This document shows positions 31,108 to 39,335 of a stretch of 64,000 nt of DNA, in pieces (the first letter of the stretch is position 1; each line of letters starts with the position of its first letter). The notes under the pieces were generated by a model. It did not search any database. It saw nothing but the letters and a program-made list of their open reading frames with translations, and was not told the origin of the DNA. Location of the stretch: IMG/VR virus record IMGVR_UViG_3300024256_000001, positions 1-64,000 of that record. One strand, written 5' to 3'. This DNA comes from a virus. The position numbers and the translations under genes were made by a program.

Positions 31108-31933
31108 CAGCCTCCAGCTCCACGCGGGCCTGCACCGTCAGCGCGCCCGCCAATCCATCGCCCAGCTCCGCGAGCTGGGACACGTCCACGCCGAACTGCT
31201 TAGCCGCCAGCGCCACAGGGTCCACCACGGCCACCTGGGCCACGTTGATCGTGGTCTGCGCCCCAGCCGCCTCGGCCCCCATATCCGCACCGATCAAGGC
31301 CGCTTGCCGCTTCTGGGCCTCGATAGCCACCTTGAGCAACGCCGAAGCGTCCCGCGCCTCATCGACACCCTCAAGCCGCCGCAGCGCCTCCACCTGTACC
31401 CGGTGAGCATCCCACCACAGGCGCTCGCGCCGGGTGGCCACGATGGCAGGCGTCAGCGCGTCGTAACGCCCCCGCGTCTCTTTGTTGAGCGCCTGGGTCG
31501 TGTGTAGCGGTAGCCCCGTCGCCTTCGCGATCTCGCCCAGCGTCAGCCCACGCCCGCGCGCCTCGCTGACCACGCGGCCCCATTCGTGCCAGACCGTGCC
31601 AACGCGGGCACCGCGCGCAGGCAGCTCCACAGGCACCATGATCCCCGACCACGGCCCCCCCAGCTCCATTTCACGCAGCACAGGCCCCTCCGTAGGAGGG
31701 GGGGCACGCTTGCTCTTTTTCTTGAGTGATTGCGGTGGGTTGTCTGCCGGAAGCTCAGGCAACATAGCAGGTTTGTTGACACGGCACCAGCGCCCCCAGC
31801 CGTCCAGGCTCACCCAGCGCCCACCGCTCTGCCCAGGGCGCACCCACCGCACGCGGCCCGGCTCCACGGCCACCACTACGCGCCCCGGCCCGTCCACGGG
31901 CTGCCAGTAGCTCCCGACTGCGGGCTCAGTCAC
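31097..31933 (-). CDS. HTH protein, possible small terminase or regulator
   Basis: About 278 aa from GTG 31933. HTH GLTLGEIAKATGLPLHTTQAL is followed by a helical oligomerisation-like region, as in some small terminases. It is remote from the large terminase gene. Confidence 0.35.
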   Translation of the reverse strand: MTEPAVGSYWQPVDGPGRVVVAVEPGRVRWVRPGQSGGRWVSLDGWGRWCRVNKPAMLPELPADNPPQSLKKKSKRAPPPTEGPVLREMELGGPWSGIMVPVELPARGARVGTVWHEWGRVVSEARGRGLTLGEIAKATGLPLHTTQALNKETRGRYDALTPAIVATRRERLWWDAHRVQVEALRRLEGVDEARDASALLKVAIEAQKRQAALIGADMGAEAAGAQTTINVAQVAVVDPVALAAKQFGVDVSQLAELGDGLAGALTVQARVELEADDE

Positions 31934-32498
31934 GGGCCAACAGCCCCCGCCACACCTTGAGCGTGCCGACCACGCTGTCCACGCCCACCCCGCGCAGCAG
32001 CTTAGCGCAGCGGTCCAGCGCCGCCACCAGCGGGTCAAGCGGACGACCCAGCGCCATCTCCAGCGCCAGCAGGATGGGCTCCACCAAATCCGCCGTGCCG
32101 CGCCCCTCCAGCTCGGCCTGCTGCAAGTACATCAGCAGATCGCCTAGCTCCTGCTCAGCGTCAACCACCGGGTCGCGGCCGTTGTCTGCGCGGAGCTGGG
32201 TGCCGTACTTGTCCCGGCCGAAGGCGTCACGCGCCCGCACCAGCGCAGCGGTGTTGATAGCGCCCCGGTCGTGCAGGTGGCGCAACAGGTGCGGTGTCAC
32301 CGCCTCCCCCCCGCTCTTGGGGGGGCGCTCAGGCAAGCTGACCCAGCCCCACAACACGCCGTCAGGCCCGCACACGCTACAAGCGCCCAGGCCATCGCAC
32401 TCGGGGCACGCCATCGGCGCGGGGCTACGGCCCCGCTCTCGCAGCTTGTCACGGCAGCCTGGGCACCGGGGGTTACCCCCGTCCGGCGCGCCGCACAT
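31926..32498 (-). CDS. zinc-ribbon protein with an all-alpha C-terminal domain
   Basis: N-terminal CPGC...CPEC...CSVC cluster. The C-terminal ...GRDKYGTQL...DAEQELGDLLMYLQQAE weakly resembles MazG-type helices. Start taken at ATG 32498 after GGTGGGGG; the track start is 32525. Confidence 0.4.
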   Translation of the reverse strand: MCGAPDGGNPRCPGCRDKLRERGRSPAPMACPECDGLGACSVCGPDGVLWGWVSLPERPPKSGGEAVTPHLLRHLHDRGAINTAALVRARDAFGRDKYGTQLRADNGRDPVVDAEQELGDLLMYLQQAELEGRGTADLVEPILLALEMALGRPLDPLVAALDRCAKLLRGVGVDSVVGTLKVWRGLLARD

Positions 32499-32515
32499 AC
32501 CCCCACCGCTATGCC

Positions 32516-32920
32516 CTACATCCACCCCACGACCCTCTCAGCATAGGCCCAGGCCAGCGGCCCCGGCCTGTTACCTGCGTTGTACCTCGCGATGCCCTCC
32601 AGGGCACCGTAGCGGCCCGTCAGCGCCGCCAGCGCCCCAACCCCTGCCGCTACCAAGTCACAGCCCTCTAGCACGCGCTCAGGGCACCACCAGCGCGGGA
32701 TCACCTGCATCGGCCCCACAGCCTGCGCGGAGCTGACCGCGCCAGCGTCCAGCCGCGACTCGTGAAAGGCAAGCGAGACGGCCAGCCCAGGGTCAACCCC
32801 GTGCGCCACAGCCTGCGCCGTCACGTCCACGCACACCAGCGCACGCGCAGGCAGGTCGGTGGCGTGCTCGCCCGCCAGCGCCAGCAGCGCGACCACGCAC
32901 GGCTTGGTCAGCCACCACAT
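32516..32920 (-). CDS. lytic transglycosylase (SLT domain)
   Basis: AFHESRLDAGAVSSAQAVGPMQV (ES...S...G.MQ) and a later YNAG. N-terminal hydrophobic segment. TGATG coupling upstream. Confidence 0.75.
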   Translation of the reverse strand: MWWLTKPCVVALLALAGEHATDLPARALVCVDVTAQAVAHGVDPGLAVSLAFHESRLDAGAVSSAQAVGPMQVIPRWWCPERVLEGCDLVAAGVGALAALTGRYGALEGIARYNAGNRPGPLAWAYAERVVGWM

Positions 32921-33162
32921 CAGCCGCCCCGCAGCTTGTCGGCGCGCGTCTTGAGATCCACGCACACGGTATTCGCGCAGTCGACCACCACAGGGTCCAC
33001 CGTGTCGCCGTACAAGGCCGCTTTCTCCATGCTGCTACGCACATCGAACAAGCGCGCCAGCAGTTTGACCGCGTTGTCGCAGCCGTTGCCCAGCAGGTTG
33101 TTGGCAGCGTCCACCTCGCGCCGCACCTCGGCCGTGGCTCGCTGATCGTCCTCAGTGCTCAC
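32920..33162 (-). CDS. hypothetical protein
   Basis: About 80 aa from GTG 33162 (GTGA overlap); the track start is 33177. Confidence 0.4.
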   Translation of the reverse strand: MSTEDDQRATAEVRREVDAANNLLGNGCDNAVKLLARLFDVRSSMEKAALYGDTVDPVVVDCANTVCVDLKTRADKLRGG

Positions 33163-33386
33163 TGGCTCGCCCGCCACGCGCTCAGGTCCTCTTTGCTTAC
33201 CCAGCCACGCGCCACGTTGCGCCCGTCGTCAGCGAACACCGCGAGCAGCGAGCTGTAGCCTCGCATGGGCACCAGCTCATCGGTGGGCAGCAGCTCATCG
33301 GCCGTGTGTCGCAGGTCGGTGATCGTGATGCGCCTGGGTCGGTCGCTCGGCCCACCCGGCCCGTCGATGAATGCGGTATTGCTCAT
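33159..33386 (-). CDS. hypothetical protein
   Basis: 75 aa, ATGA overlap with the upstream stop. Confidence 0.45.
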   Translation of the reverse strand: MSNTAFIDGPGGPSDRPRRITITDLRHTADELLPTDELVPMRGYSSLLAVFADDGRNVARGWVSKEDLSAWRASQ

Positions 33387-33922
33387 CGGGCACGCCAGTA
33401 GACGTCAGCGTGATGGTCGCGGCGGGTTCCCGTGCGCTGATCGCGCCAGTCGTACTCGCCGAGGGTCCCGATTTGGCTCGGCTGCTTGAGCCCGGCCGGG
33501 ATGGACGAGTCGCCGCTGAATTTGTAGTAGAGCGCGGTCCCGTTGCCGGGCGTGCCCGAGTAGGGATGGAATTTGACCACGATCTCGTCAGCCGCCTCGA
33601 CAGTGACGGTCCACGTCCCGCCCGCGCAGGGGAACGAGCGCGATCCCGGCGTGAACTGGCACTGAAGCACAACACCGTTCACGGTGAGCGCCGCGCCTGC
33701 GGGCTCGTTCTGCCAGTAGACGTTCAGCGCGAGGATGGGCTTGTTGTCGCCGTTGCGGACCACGCCGAACGCGCGGTTGACGTACCACGGTGAGGGGCAG
33801 ACGCCGCCATCAGCCTGCGCGCACGGCATCGGCACGTCAGAGTCGGTGTCGCACATCGTCGCGCCGCCGAGCGGCAGGCAGAGCACAAGCAGCACCCCGA
33901 CCAGAAAGGACCGCATCATCAT
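33383..33922 (-). CDS. secreted Cys-rich protein
   Basis: 179 aa. N-terminal signal-like MMMRSFLVGVLLVLCLPLGG, several Cys residues, and G+C that looks lower than the surroundings. Confidence 0.5.
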   Translation of the reverse strand: MMMRSFLVGVLLVLCLPLGGATMCDTDSDVPMPCAQADGGVCPSPWYVNRAFGVVRNGDNKPILALNVYWQNEPAGAALTVNGVVLQCQFTPGSRSFPCAGGTWTVTVEAADEIVVKFHPYSGTPGNGTALYYKFSGDSSIPAGLKQPSQIGTLGEYDWRDQRTGTRRDHHADVYWRAR

Positions 33923-33947
33923 CTCCCCAGCGGGTCACACCCGCGCA

Positions 33948-34394
33948 TCAATCCAGGCCACCGTAACCCCAGGCGGCTAACTGGTCAAGCGCCGCGCGCC
34001 AACCGTGCACGCACGCCCAGCGCCAGCCCCGCGCACGCAGCTTGTCACCCCAGGCCCGCTGATGCGCGGACAGCTGGCCGCCCCCCACCCGCTTTAGCTC
34101 GATAGCCGATCCCCCGCGCTGCACCAAGGCGAGCACACGCGCCAGCGCGTCAGGGCTCAGGCTCAGCAGCCGAACCACCATATCGCGCTCCAGCTGCGTC
34201 TGTGGGCGAAGCTGGTTAGGCGCATCGAAGATCAGCAGGTCAGGCACCCCCGGCTCCATACCCTCGCGCTTGAGCGCCGCACCAGCTCGCCGACCCCCTC
34301 TCAAGTTAGCCCCATTCGGCACCGCCGCAAAGCAGATCCCCGCCCGCCGCAGCCGCCTCACCAGCTCCACCTGCTCACTATGCTCACTTGGCAT
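33948..34394 (-). CDS. VRR-NUC (PD-(D/E)xK) nuclease
   Basis: SEHSEQVELVRRL...VPNG...GVPDLLIF...AIELKR...LSAHQRAW matches the VRR-NUC layout. Start taken at ATG 34394; the track start is 34412. Confidence 0.7.
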   Translation of the reverse strand: MPSEHSEQVELVRRLRRAGICFAAVPNGANLRGGRRAGAALKREGMEPGVPDLLIFDAPNQLRPQTQLERDMVVRLLSLSPDALARVLALVQRGGSAIELKRVGGGQLSAHQRAWGDKLRARGWRWACVHGWRAALDQLAAWGYGGLD

Positions 34395-34675
34395 GAAAAA
34401 ACGACCCGTCACCTAAAAAAACGTAGTAATAACAACTGTTTGCAGCCGCGATTTGCCCCCTGTGCCGGGACGTGCCGAGTACCCGTCACGCGATAACCCT
34501 TACGGCTGCTGGGTTTACAGCAAAGGTGACGGGTGACGGGTCAACCCCAGGGACCTAGATGCTGGTGCGCCTGTAGTAGAAGCTGGAGCCCTTGACCCGT
34601 CACCCGGCACATACTGGTCTTTCCCCTATCTTAACGCTGGTTTACACGCGCTGGGCACCCGGCACAACTAGTCAC
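34395..34675. promoter_or_regulatory. iteron-rich intergenic region (candidate origin or operator cluster)
   Basis: ACCCGTCAC / GTGACGGGT occurs at 34403-34412, 34481-34489, 34526-34534, 34533-34541 and 34594-34603. Also CACCCGGCAC x2 and GGTTTACA x2. Relatively AT-rich. Located between the primase-helicase and VRR-NUC genes. Confidence 0.45.
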
Positions 34676-36841
34676 CTAACCGATCAGGTAGAACCACCCA
34701 GCGCGCCGTTTTACGCGATTCACGTCCCGCCGGCTGTTCAGGCGCTCGCCAAAGATGCGATTGCTGAGCTGCTTGTGGCCATTCTGGCGCGCCCAATTCA
34801 CATATTGCTGGTAGAGCATGGACGCTTGATGGTCCTGCCCGTTGATGTTCTCAGCCTCACCCAAGAAGCACGCGATCTGGTCAGCGGACGACTGCCAGCG
34901 GCGCAGGGCCTCCTGGCAGCTGGGGGGGTCGATGTAGCCGCCGTCCAGCACCCCGGCCACAGCATCCACCGCCCAGCTCAGGATGAGGCCCCGCTGCGTC
35001 TCCACAAGGCGCTTGGTGAGCCCCCGGTCCTGCTCATGGACAGCGAAGGTTCGGGTGAAGGGGATGATGCCCCAGCGCCGCCAGAAGCCGTGACTATGGT
35101 CCCGCACGCCGGGCAGGCTGTTGGCGGCGAACACATGGCCCGCCTTGGGCGTGTAGTCGTAGGGCGCGGAGTAGATGGCGCGGCCCTCGGTCACGTCCCC
35201 GCTGATGATGCCCTTGACCTTCTCGCTGCTCAGCAGCTCCACCTCGGGCAGCTCCGACACCAAGTTGATGCGGGAGCTGGACAAGCGCGCGCGCCGGTAC
35301 TCGTCGCCCCACTCCTGGGGGCTGATGGCCGTGCATGCCTCGGGGGGGAAGAGGGACCGGATCACGTCCAGCAGCACGCTCTTGCCGTTGGACCCGCTGC
35401 CCAGGAGGATGAACGCCTTTTGAATGCTGGTGGCCGCGCCGCAGGCCATCACGCCGATGATCTGGCGCACCAGCTCGCAGAGCTGGCTAGCGTCGGGCTG
35501 GTCGCGCCAGACGCCGCGCAGGAAGGCGATGAACGCCTTGGGCTCAGCGTTGGGCGTGTAGTCGAAGGGGACGGCCATGCGCGCCCGGTGGTCGGGGCAG
35601 TGGGGCACCAGCTCGCCCTTGTGTGGGTCATAGAAGCCGTTGGCGAAGGCGACCCCCGGGGCCTCGTGGTCGAAATAGCGTTGCATGCGGTAGCGGCGCA
35701 GGGCGACCTTGGCCGCGCCCTCGCTGAACTTGGCCGACACCTTGAGCGGCCTGAATTGCGGGTTGCCGTCTCGGTCGTTGCCGGCGGCGATGGGCATGCC
35801 GTCGAAGCGGTCAGCGCGCCGGGCCAGCTCTGTACCGTCGTGCGACTCCCAGACGCCCAGCTCCGCGTTGTAGACCCAGAGCATGCCCTGGTCCCCGATG
35901 GTGTCAGACGTGAACTCGTCCAGCACGCGCCGGGCTACCTCTACCTCGCTGCCCAGGGCGAGCGGCTGACTGTCCTCTACGGCGTCAGCATCCATCTGGT
36001 CCAGCTGGCGCGCCAGAGCCGCGCCGGGCTCGTACCGCTCAGCTGACCGCGCGAGCGCGGCGACCTCACGCATGGGCAGGGGCGGGTTACAGCGCGACTC
36101 ATTGACGTTGGCCAATTCCTCCAGCAGCGCCGCGCCGCCCAGGCCAGCCCGCCGCAGGCCGCCAGCTGCGCGCATCAAGAAGCCGTTACGCCCCCCCTCG
36201 CCCACGTTGCCCATGTTGCGCCAGCCCAGCTCCGCAGCGGCTACGCCACCGAAGCGGCTGGGGTCGACGCCGATCAAGCTGGGCAGCGTGTCCACGTCCA
36301 CCAGCGGCAGCTGGCCCAGGCCGTGGGCAGGTAGGCGCTGGGGCACGCCATCGCGGTTGACGAAGGGCAGGCGGTAGCAGCGGCCCCACTGGTCCAGGGT
36401 GGCGGGGTCAACGCGGACGCCCAGCTCCCCCAGCGCGAGCGCGGCCCGCTTCTGGATGGTGCAGAAGCCCGCCCGGTCGGTGGGCGTGGCCAAGGCGAAC
36501 AGGATGCGGCAGCCGCCCCGCGTCCGGTAGTAGGCCCAGCCCAGCTCACGCGCCGCGCCCTGGGCCAGCTCGTGCCATGCGTCGTCGGGCTTGTGGCCCT
36601 CGGGCTCACAGTCGAGCGGGATCAGGCTGAACGCGATGGGGTAGTCAGCGGGCGTGTCCTTGAGCAACCGGGGGCAGCGGTCCTCACCCGTCAGGTGGTA
36701 GGGCACAAAGTGCGCGTCGGTGGCGTAGGGGCGGCGCATGGCCGTGCTGGCGTCGACCACGGGGAACGCGGGGCCGCTGGGGTCGTCCTCACTCCAGCCC
36801 AGCACGTTGCGAACGGGCCACACTACGATGGGCACCGTCAC
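34676..36841 (-). CDS. DNA primase / helicase (P4/D5 family)
   Basis: 721 aa. N-terminal primase-polymerase-like region, a PriCT-like segment (LRRAGLGGAALLEELANVNESRCNPPLPMREV), and a C-terminal SF3 helicase Walker A ILLGSGSNGKSVLLDVI. Confidence 0.85.
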   Translation of the reverse strand: MTVPIVVWPVRNVLGWSEDDPSGPAFPVVDASTAMRRPYATDAHFVPYHLTGEDRCPRLLKDTPADYPIAFSLIPLDCEPEGHKPDDAWHELAQGAARELGWAYYRTRGGCRILFALATPTDRAGFCTIQKRAALALGELGVRVDPATLDQWGRCYRLPFVNRDGVPQRLPAHGLGQLPLVDVDTLPSLIGVDPSRFGGVAAAELGWRNMGNVGEGGRNGFLMRAAGGLRRAGLGGAALLEELANVNESRCNPPLPMREVAALARSAERYEPGAALARQLDQMDADAVEDSQPLALGSEVEVARRVLDEFTSDTIGDQGMLWVYNAELGVWESHDGTELARRADRFDGMPIAAGNDRDGNPQFRPLKVSAKFSEGAAKVALRRYRMQRYFDHEAPGVAFANGFYDPHKGELVPHCPDHRARMAVPFDYTPNAEPKAFIAFLRGVWRDQPDASQLCELVRQIIGVMACGAATSIQKAFILLGSGSNGKSVLLDVIRSLFPPEACTAISPQEWGDEYRRARLSSSRINLVSELPEVELLSSEKVKGIISGDVTEGRAIYSAPYDYTPKAGHVFAANSLPGVRDHSHGFWRRWGIIPFTRTFAVHEQDRGLTKRLVETQRGLILSWAVDAVAGVLDGGYIDPPSCQEALRRWQSSADQIACFLGEAENINGQDHQASMLYQQYVNWARQNGHKQLSNRIFGERLNSRRDVNRVKRRAGWFYLIG

Positions 36842-37101
36842 AGGCTCACCTCAATGCCCAGGCCCAGGCGGCTGGTCAGGCTGCGCGCCACAGCTTTGCT
36901 CACGCCCGCAGGCACGCGCACGCGCGCGGAGTAGACGCGATCAAACTCGGTGATGCCCAGAGCCTCCAGCGCCTCCCACTTGTCCACCTGCACGTCGCCC
37001 CCGTTGCACCAGCTCCACGCGGTTTTGCGCGTCACCCCCGCCAGCTCCGCAAGCTGCGCCTGGGTGAGCTGGTGGTCCTCCATATAGCCCTTGATCGTCA
37101 C
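36838..37101 (-). CDS. Cro/CI-type HTH regulator
   Basis: 87 aa. LTQAQLAELAGVTRKTAWSW reads as an XRE-type HTH. GTG start 6 nt after AAGGAGG. First gene of the leftward operon at the divergent control region. Confidence 0.65.
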   Translation of the reverse strand: MTIKGYMEDHQLTQAQLAELAGVTRKTAWSWCNGGDVQVDKWEALEALGITEFDRVYSARVRVPAGVSKAVARSLTSRLGLGIEVSL

Positions 37102-37127
37102 GGTGTACCTCCTTGGTTGACCCCGAC

Positions 37128-37155
37128 ACTATGGCGCAAACCTACCCAAGTAAAG
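37128..37155 (-). promoter_or_regulatory. leftward promoter for the Cro-like / primase operon
   Basis: On the minus strand: CTTTAC, 16-nt spacer, CATAGT. Located about 25 nt upstream of AAGGAGG and GTG 37101, divergent from P1. Confidence 0.35.
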
Positions 37156-37180
37156 CGCGTCGTGACTTTCTTACCTCACA

Positions 37181-37283
37181 CACACGATTTGCTATTGCGT
37201 ATCTGGTCAAGCTCGCCTAATGTCCTTCTCACCGGCCGATGGTGGCCGGGGCCGCCCCGCTAACGGGGCACAAAGGAGCAACG
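37181..37283 (+). promoter_or_regulatory. rightward promoter-leader cassette P1
   Basis: TTGCGT (37195-37200), 17-nt spacer, TAATGT (37218-37223), then CCTTCTCA, the hairpin CCGGCC-gatggt-GGCCGG and CAAAGGAGCAACG before the ATG. Confidence 0.55.
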
Positions 37284-38012
37284 ATGATGGTAGCACCCAT
37301 CATGCAGAGCGCCACCCAAGACGACCGGATGGTGAGCGTCAACGAATTGGCGATGTATCAGCCCCCCAGACGGACGCGGAGCTACACGCCCGTCTCTCAC
37401 AGTGAGGTCTGCGAGGTCGTGAGCAGCACGGCCAACCGGCTGGGTCTGGATCTGCTGGGCGAGGCCCAGGTGATCGTGACCCGCAAGGGTCAGCAAATGT
37501 TCGGCGTGATCAATGCGCGCTGGAACGATGAGCGCAACCTGACCATCGGGTTCCGCAACAGCTACGACAAGACGACCAGCATGGGGATCGCGACGGGGCA
37601 AAGCGTGATGGTCTGCAGCAACATGTGCTTCAGCGGCCGTGACGCGACCTTCATGCGCAAGCACACGGGGGTCAACCCGCTGCTGGACTTCGCCGGCATG
37701 GTGCAGACGGCCATCGGCAAGAGCCGCGAGGAGGCCAAGATGCTGGACGCGGACTTCACCAAGCTCCACGACAAGCCCTGCGCGCTGGACGACGGCTACG
37801 GGGTGCTGGGTCGCATGCTGGGCCATCAGGTGCTCACCCCGACGCAGGCCAACGAGGCTGTGCGCCACTGGCGTGAGCCGGTGATCGAGGAGCACGCCAC
37901 GCGCAACGGCATGGGGCTTTACAACGCCATCACGCAGGGGCTCAAGCAGGGGGCGATGAGCATGGGCCGCTACGCCCGCGCGCACACGTTCTTGATGGCC
38001 CAGGCCGCCTGA
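37284..38012 (+). CDS. DUF932/DUF945-like phage/plasmid protein
   Basis: ATG 37284 after AAAGGAG. GFRNSYDKTTSMGIATGQSVMVCSNMCFSG resembles the DUF932 core. The track start 37239 lies inside the leader. Confidence 0.6.
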   Translation: MMVAPIMQSATQDDRMVSVNELAMYQPPRRTRSYTPVSHSEVCEVVSSTANRLGLDLLGEAQVIVTRKGQQMFGVINARWNDERNLTIGFRNSYDKTTSMGIATGQSVMVCSNMCFSGRDATFMRKHTGVNPLLDFAGMVQTAIGKSREEAKMLDADFTKLHDKPCALDDGYGVLGRMLGHQVLTPTQANEAVRHWREPVIEEHATRNGMGLYNAITQGLKQGAMSMGRYARAHTFLMAQAA

Positions 38013-38086
38013 GCGCCCTACTGCCCGCCAGCTCCGCGTTGGTGTGGCAGTGGGGGACGCAGGAGCCCACAACTAAGGAGCAAGGC

Positions 38087-38518
38087 ATGAACCTGTTGGA
38101 AGAGTACGAGCGCATGATCTCGCGCGCCATCAGCACCGAGACGGGGGGCATCTACCCCCATCAGGCCTTGGGGCTGGATGAGGATGGCGCGCTGACCGTG
38201 TGGGCTCTGGATCTGCCCCCTGTGCAGGTGGTCGACAACATGCGGAACGCGGCTGCCTCGGGCCGGTTCGTTGAGCTGGTGTGGGGGCTGGACCGCAACA
38301 CCCGAGACGGGCAGGGCACGACGCTGACCGACGTGCTGCCCGTGACGCGCTGGACGTCGACCGGGCTCGCCCTCGCCGCCGCCGACGTGCTCGCCGCTGC
38401 CGACGACGCCGAGCAGGTCGCGCTCGACGACGCGGCGAGCGAGTGGGTCGGTATTCGCTCGATGGCGGCGCGGGCGCTGGCGGGCGTCGAGGCGGCGCGC
38501 GCGATGGTGTCGAAGTGA
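38087..38518 (+). CDS. hypothetical protein
   Basis: 143 aa from ATG 38087 after TAAGGAGCAAGGC. Confidence 0.5.
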   Translation: MNLLEEYERMISRAISTETGGIYPHQALGLDEDGALTVWALDLPPVQVVDNMRNAAASGRFVELVWGLDRNTRDGQGTTLTDVLPVTRWTSTGLALAAADVLAAADDAEQVALDDAASEWVGIRSMAARALAGVEAARAMVSK

Positions 38519-38793
38519 TGAGCGCCAGCGGGCTCGGCGCTTATCTTGCCGTCTCGGAAGTTCTGGCGGGTCGTAATCGTTGCGTGTCGCGCGAGGCCGA
38601 GCGCCTCGCGATGTTTATCAGGCTGGATGCCGCGCGAAAGATTCGCGGCACCTTCGCGTCACTGGAGCGAGGATACGAACGCGGCTGGACGTCAGCGCGT
38701 GATGGCGCGGACTTCTCACCGCGAGACGCAGGACCGTGCGGCTATGAGTCGGATGGGGTCTGGATTCAACTCTTCACAACGGAGGTGTCTTGA
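38518..38793 (+). CDS. hypothetical protein
   Basis: 91 aa, ATGA overlap with the upstream stop. Confidence 0.45.
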   Translation: MSASGLGAYLAVSEVLAGRNRCVSREAERLAMFIRLDAARKIRGTFASLERGYERGWTSARDGADFSPRDAGPCGYESDGVWIQLFTTEVS

Positions 38794-38918
38794 CTAGGGC
38801 GCTCGGCGTCGTCGCGCTGTCGATGGTGCTGGCGGCGCTGCGGTTCGCTTGGAACGTCGCGCTCGCCTGCGTGGCTTGCGCCTGCGTGGCGCTAGGCGCG
38901 TGGCTCGTCCTGAGATGA
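38790..38918 (+). CDS. small two-helix membrane peptide
   Basis: 42 aa from TTG 38790 (GGAGG 4 nt upstream, TTGA overlap): LTRALGVVALSMVLAALRFAWNVALACVACACVALGAWLVLR. Confidence 0.4.
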   Translation: MTRALGVVALSMVLAALRFAWNVALACVACACVALGAWLVLR

Positions 38919-38929
38919 CCTACCACGCA

Positions 38930-38958
38930 CGTCGAGGGCAGAACGCCCGCCCTCGACG
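38930..38958 (+). terminator. GC-rich hairpin after the first rightward operon
   Basis: CGTCGAGGGC-agaacgccc-GCCCTCGACG, 12 nt after the stop at 38918. Confidence 0.45.
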
Positions 38959-39016
38959 ATTCTAGGCGTGTTGGCGGGCCTGCTCAGCCGACGGGCATCG
39001 CGAACACGAACGGCGC

Positions 39017-39169
39017 TTGGCTGAGTTCCGTCTGCGGGGTGACGTTCGCGCCCGTGAGTACCGGCTTGAGCCGCTGGAGGTCCTGCCGCTGGCGGACAAC
39101 GTGTGGTGGCGCGAGGCGGTCAACAACCGCGAGCTGGTGAAGCGCGGGATGCGCGCCAAGGCCGCCTAA
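39017..39169 (+). CDS. possible small ORF
   Basis: 50 aa from a TTG start. G/C-rich third positions, but no clear RBS. Confidence 0.2.
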   Translation: MAEFRLRGDVRAREYRLEPLEVLPLADNVWWREAVNNRELVKRGMRAKAA

Positions 39170-39174
39170 CCCAC

Positions 39175-39279
39175 ACCAGCCCTTCGGGGCTGGCTGCGGT
39201 CCTGTTCGGACCCCCCAAGCCGCGCCTTAGCTCCTTTCGGAGCGGCGAGGGGGCCCCGGTTCGATGCCGGGGGGGACCA
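39175..39279 (+). ncRNA. candidate structured RNA with tRNA-like T-arm and acceptor end
   Basis: Four consecutive GC stem-loops with UUCG-type loops. The last is CCCGG-TTCGATG-CCGGG followed by GGGGACC-A. GGTCCTG at 39198-39204 can pair with it as an acceptor stem. Confidence 0.3.
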
Positions 39280-39335
39280 CTAAACGCAGCTTAGTGGCTG
39301 CTTGCGCGCCTGGGTGGGCGCATAGGGGTGACGAG

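Noticed and set aside
37260-38072. Long minus-strand ORFs antisense to the rightward block (37260-38072, 42852-43862, 50588-51586, 52830-53657, 47581-48195)
   Set aside because: Same reasoning as above: composition typical of antisense frames, and they lie opposite genes with clear domains or conserved leaders.
38962-39159. Minus-strand 65-aa ORF in the 38.9-39.2 kb gap
   Set aside because: The translation is S/R-rich, it lies antisense to the local operon direction and it has no RBS. The plus-strand frame has the better third-position bias.
39198-39279. Canonical tRNA gene
   Set aside because: The T-arm and acceptor pairing are good. However, there is no 7-nt anticodon loop (a tetraloop-capped helix takes its place), and the D-like loop lacks the conserved GG. 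It is reported only as a tRNA-like candidate.
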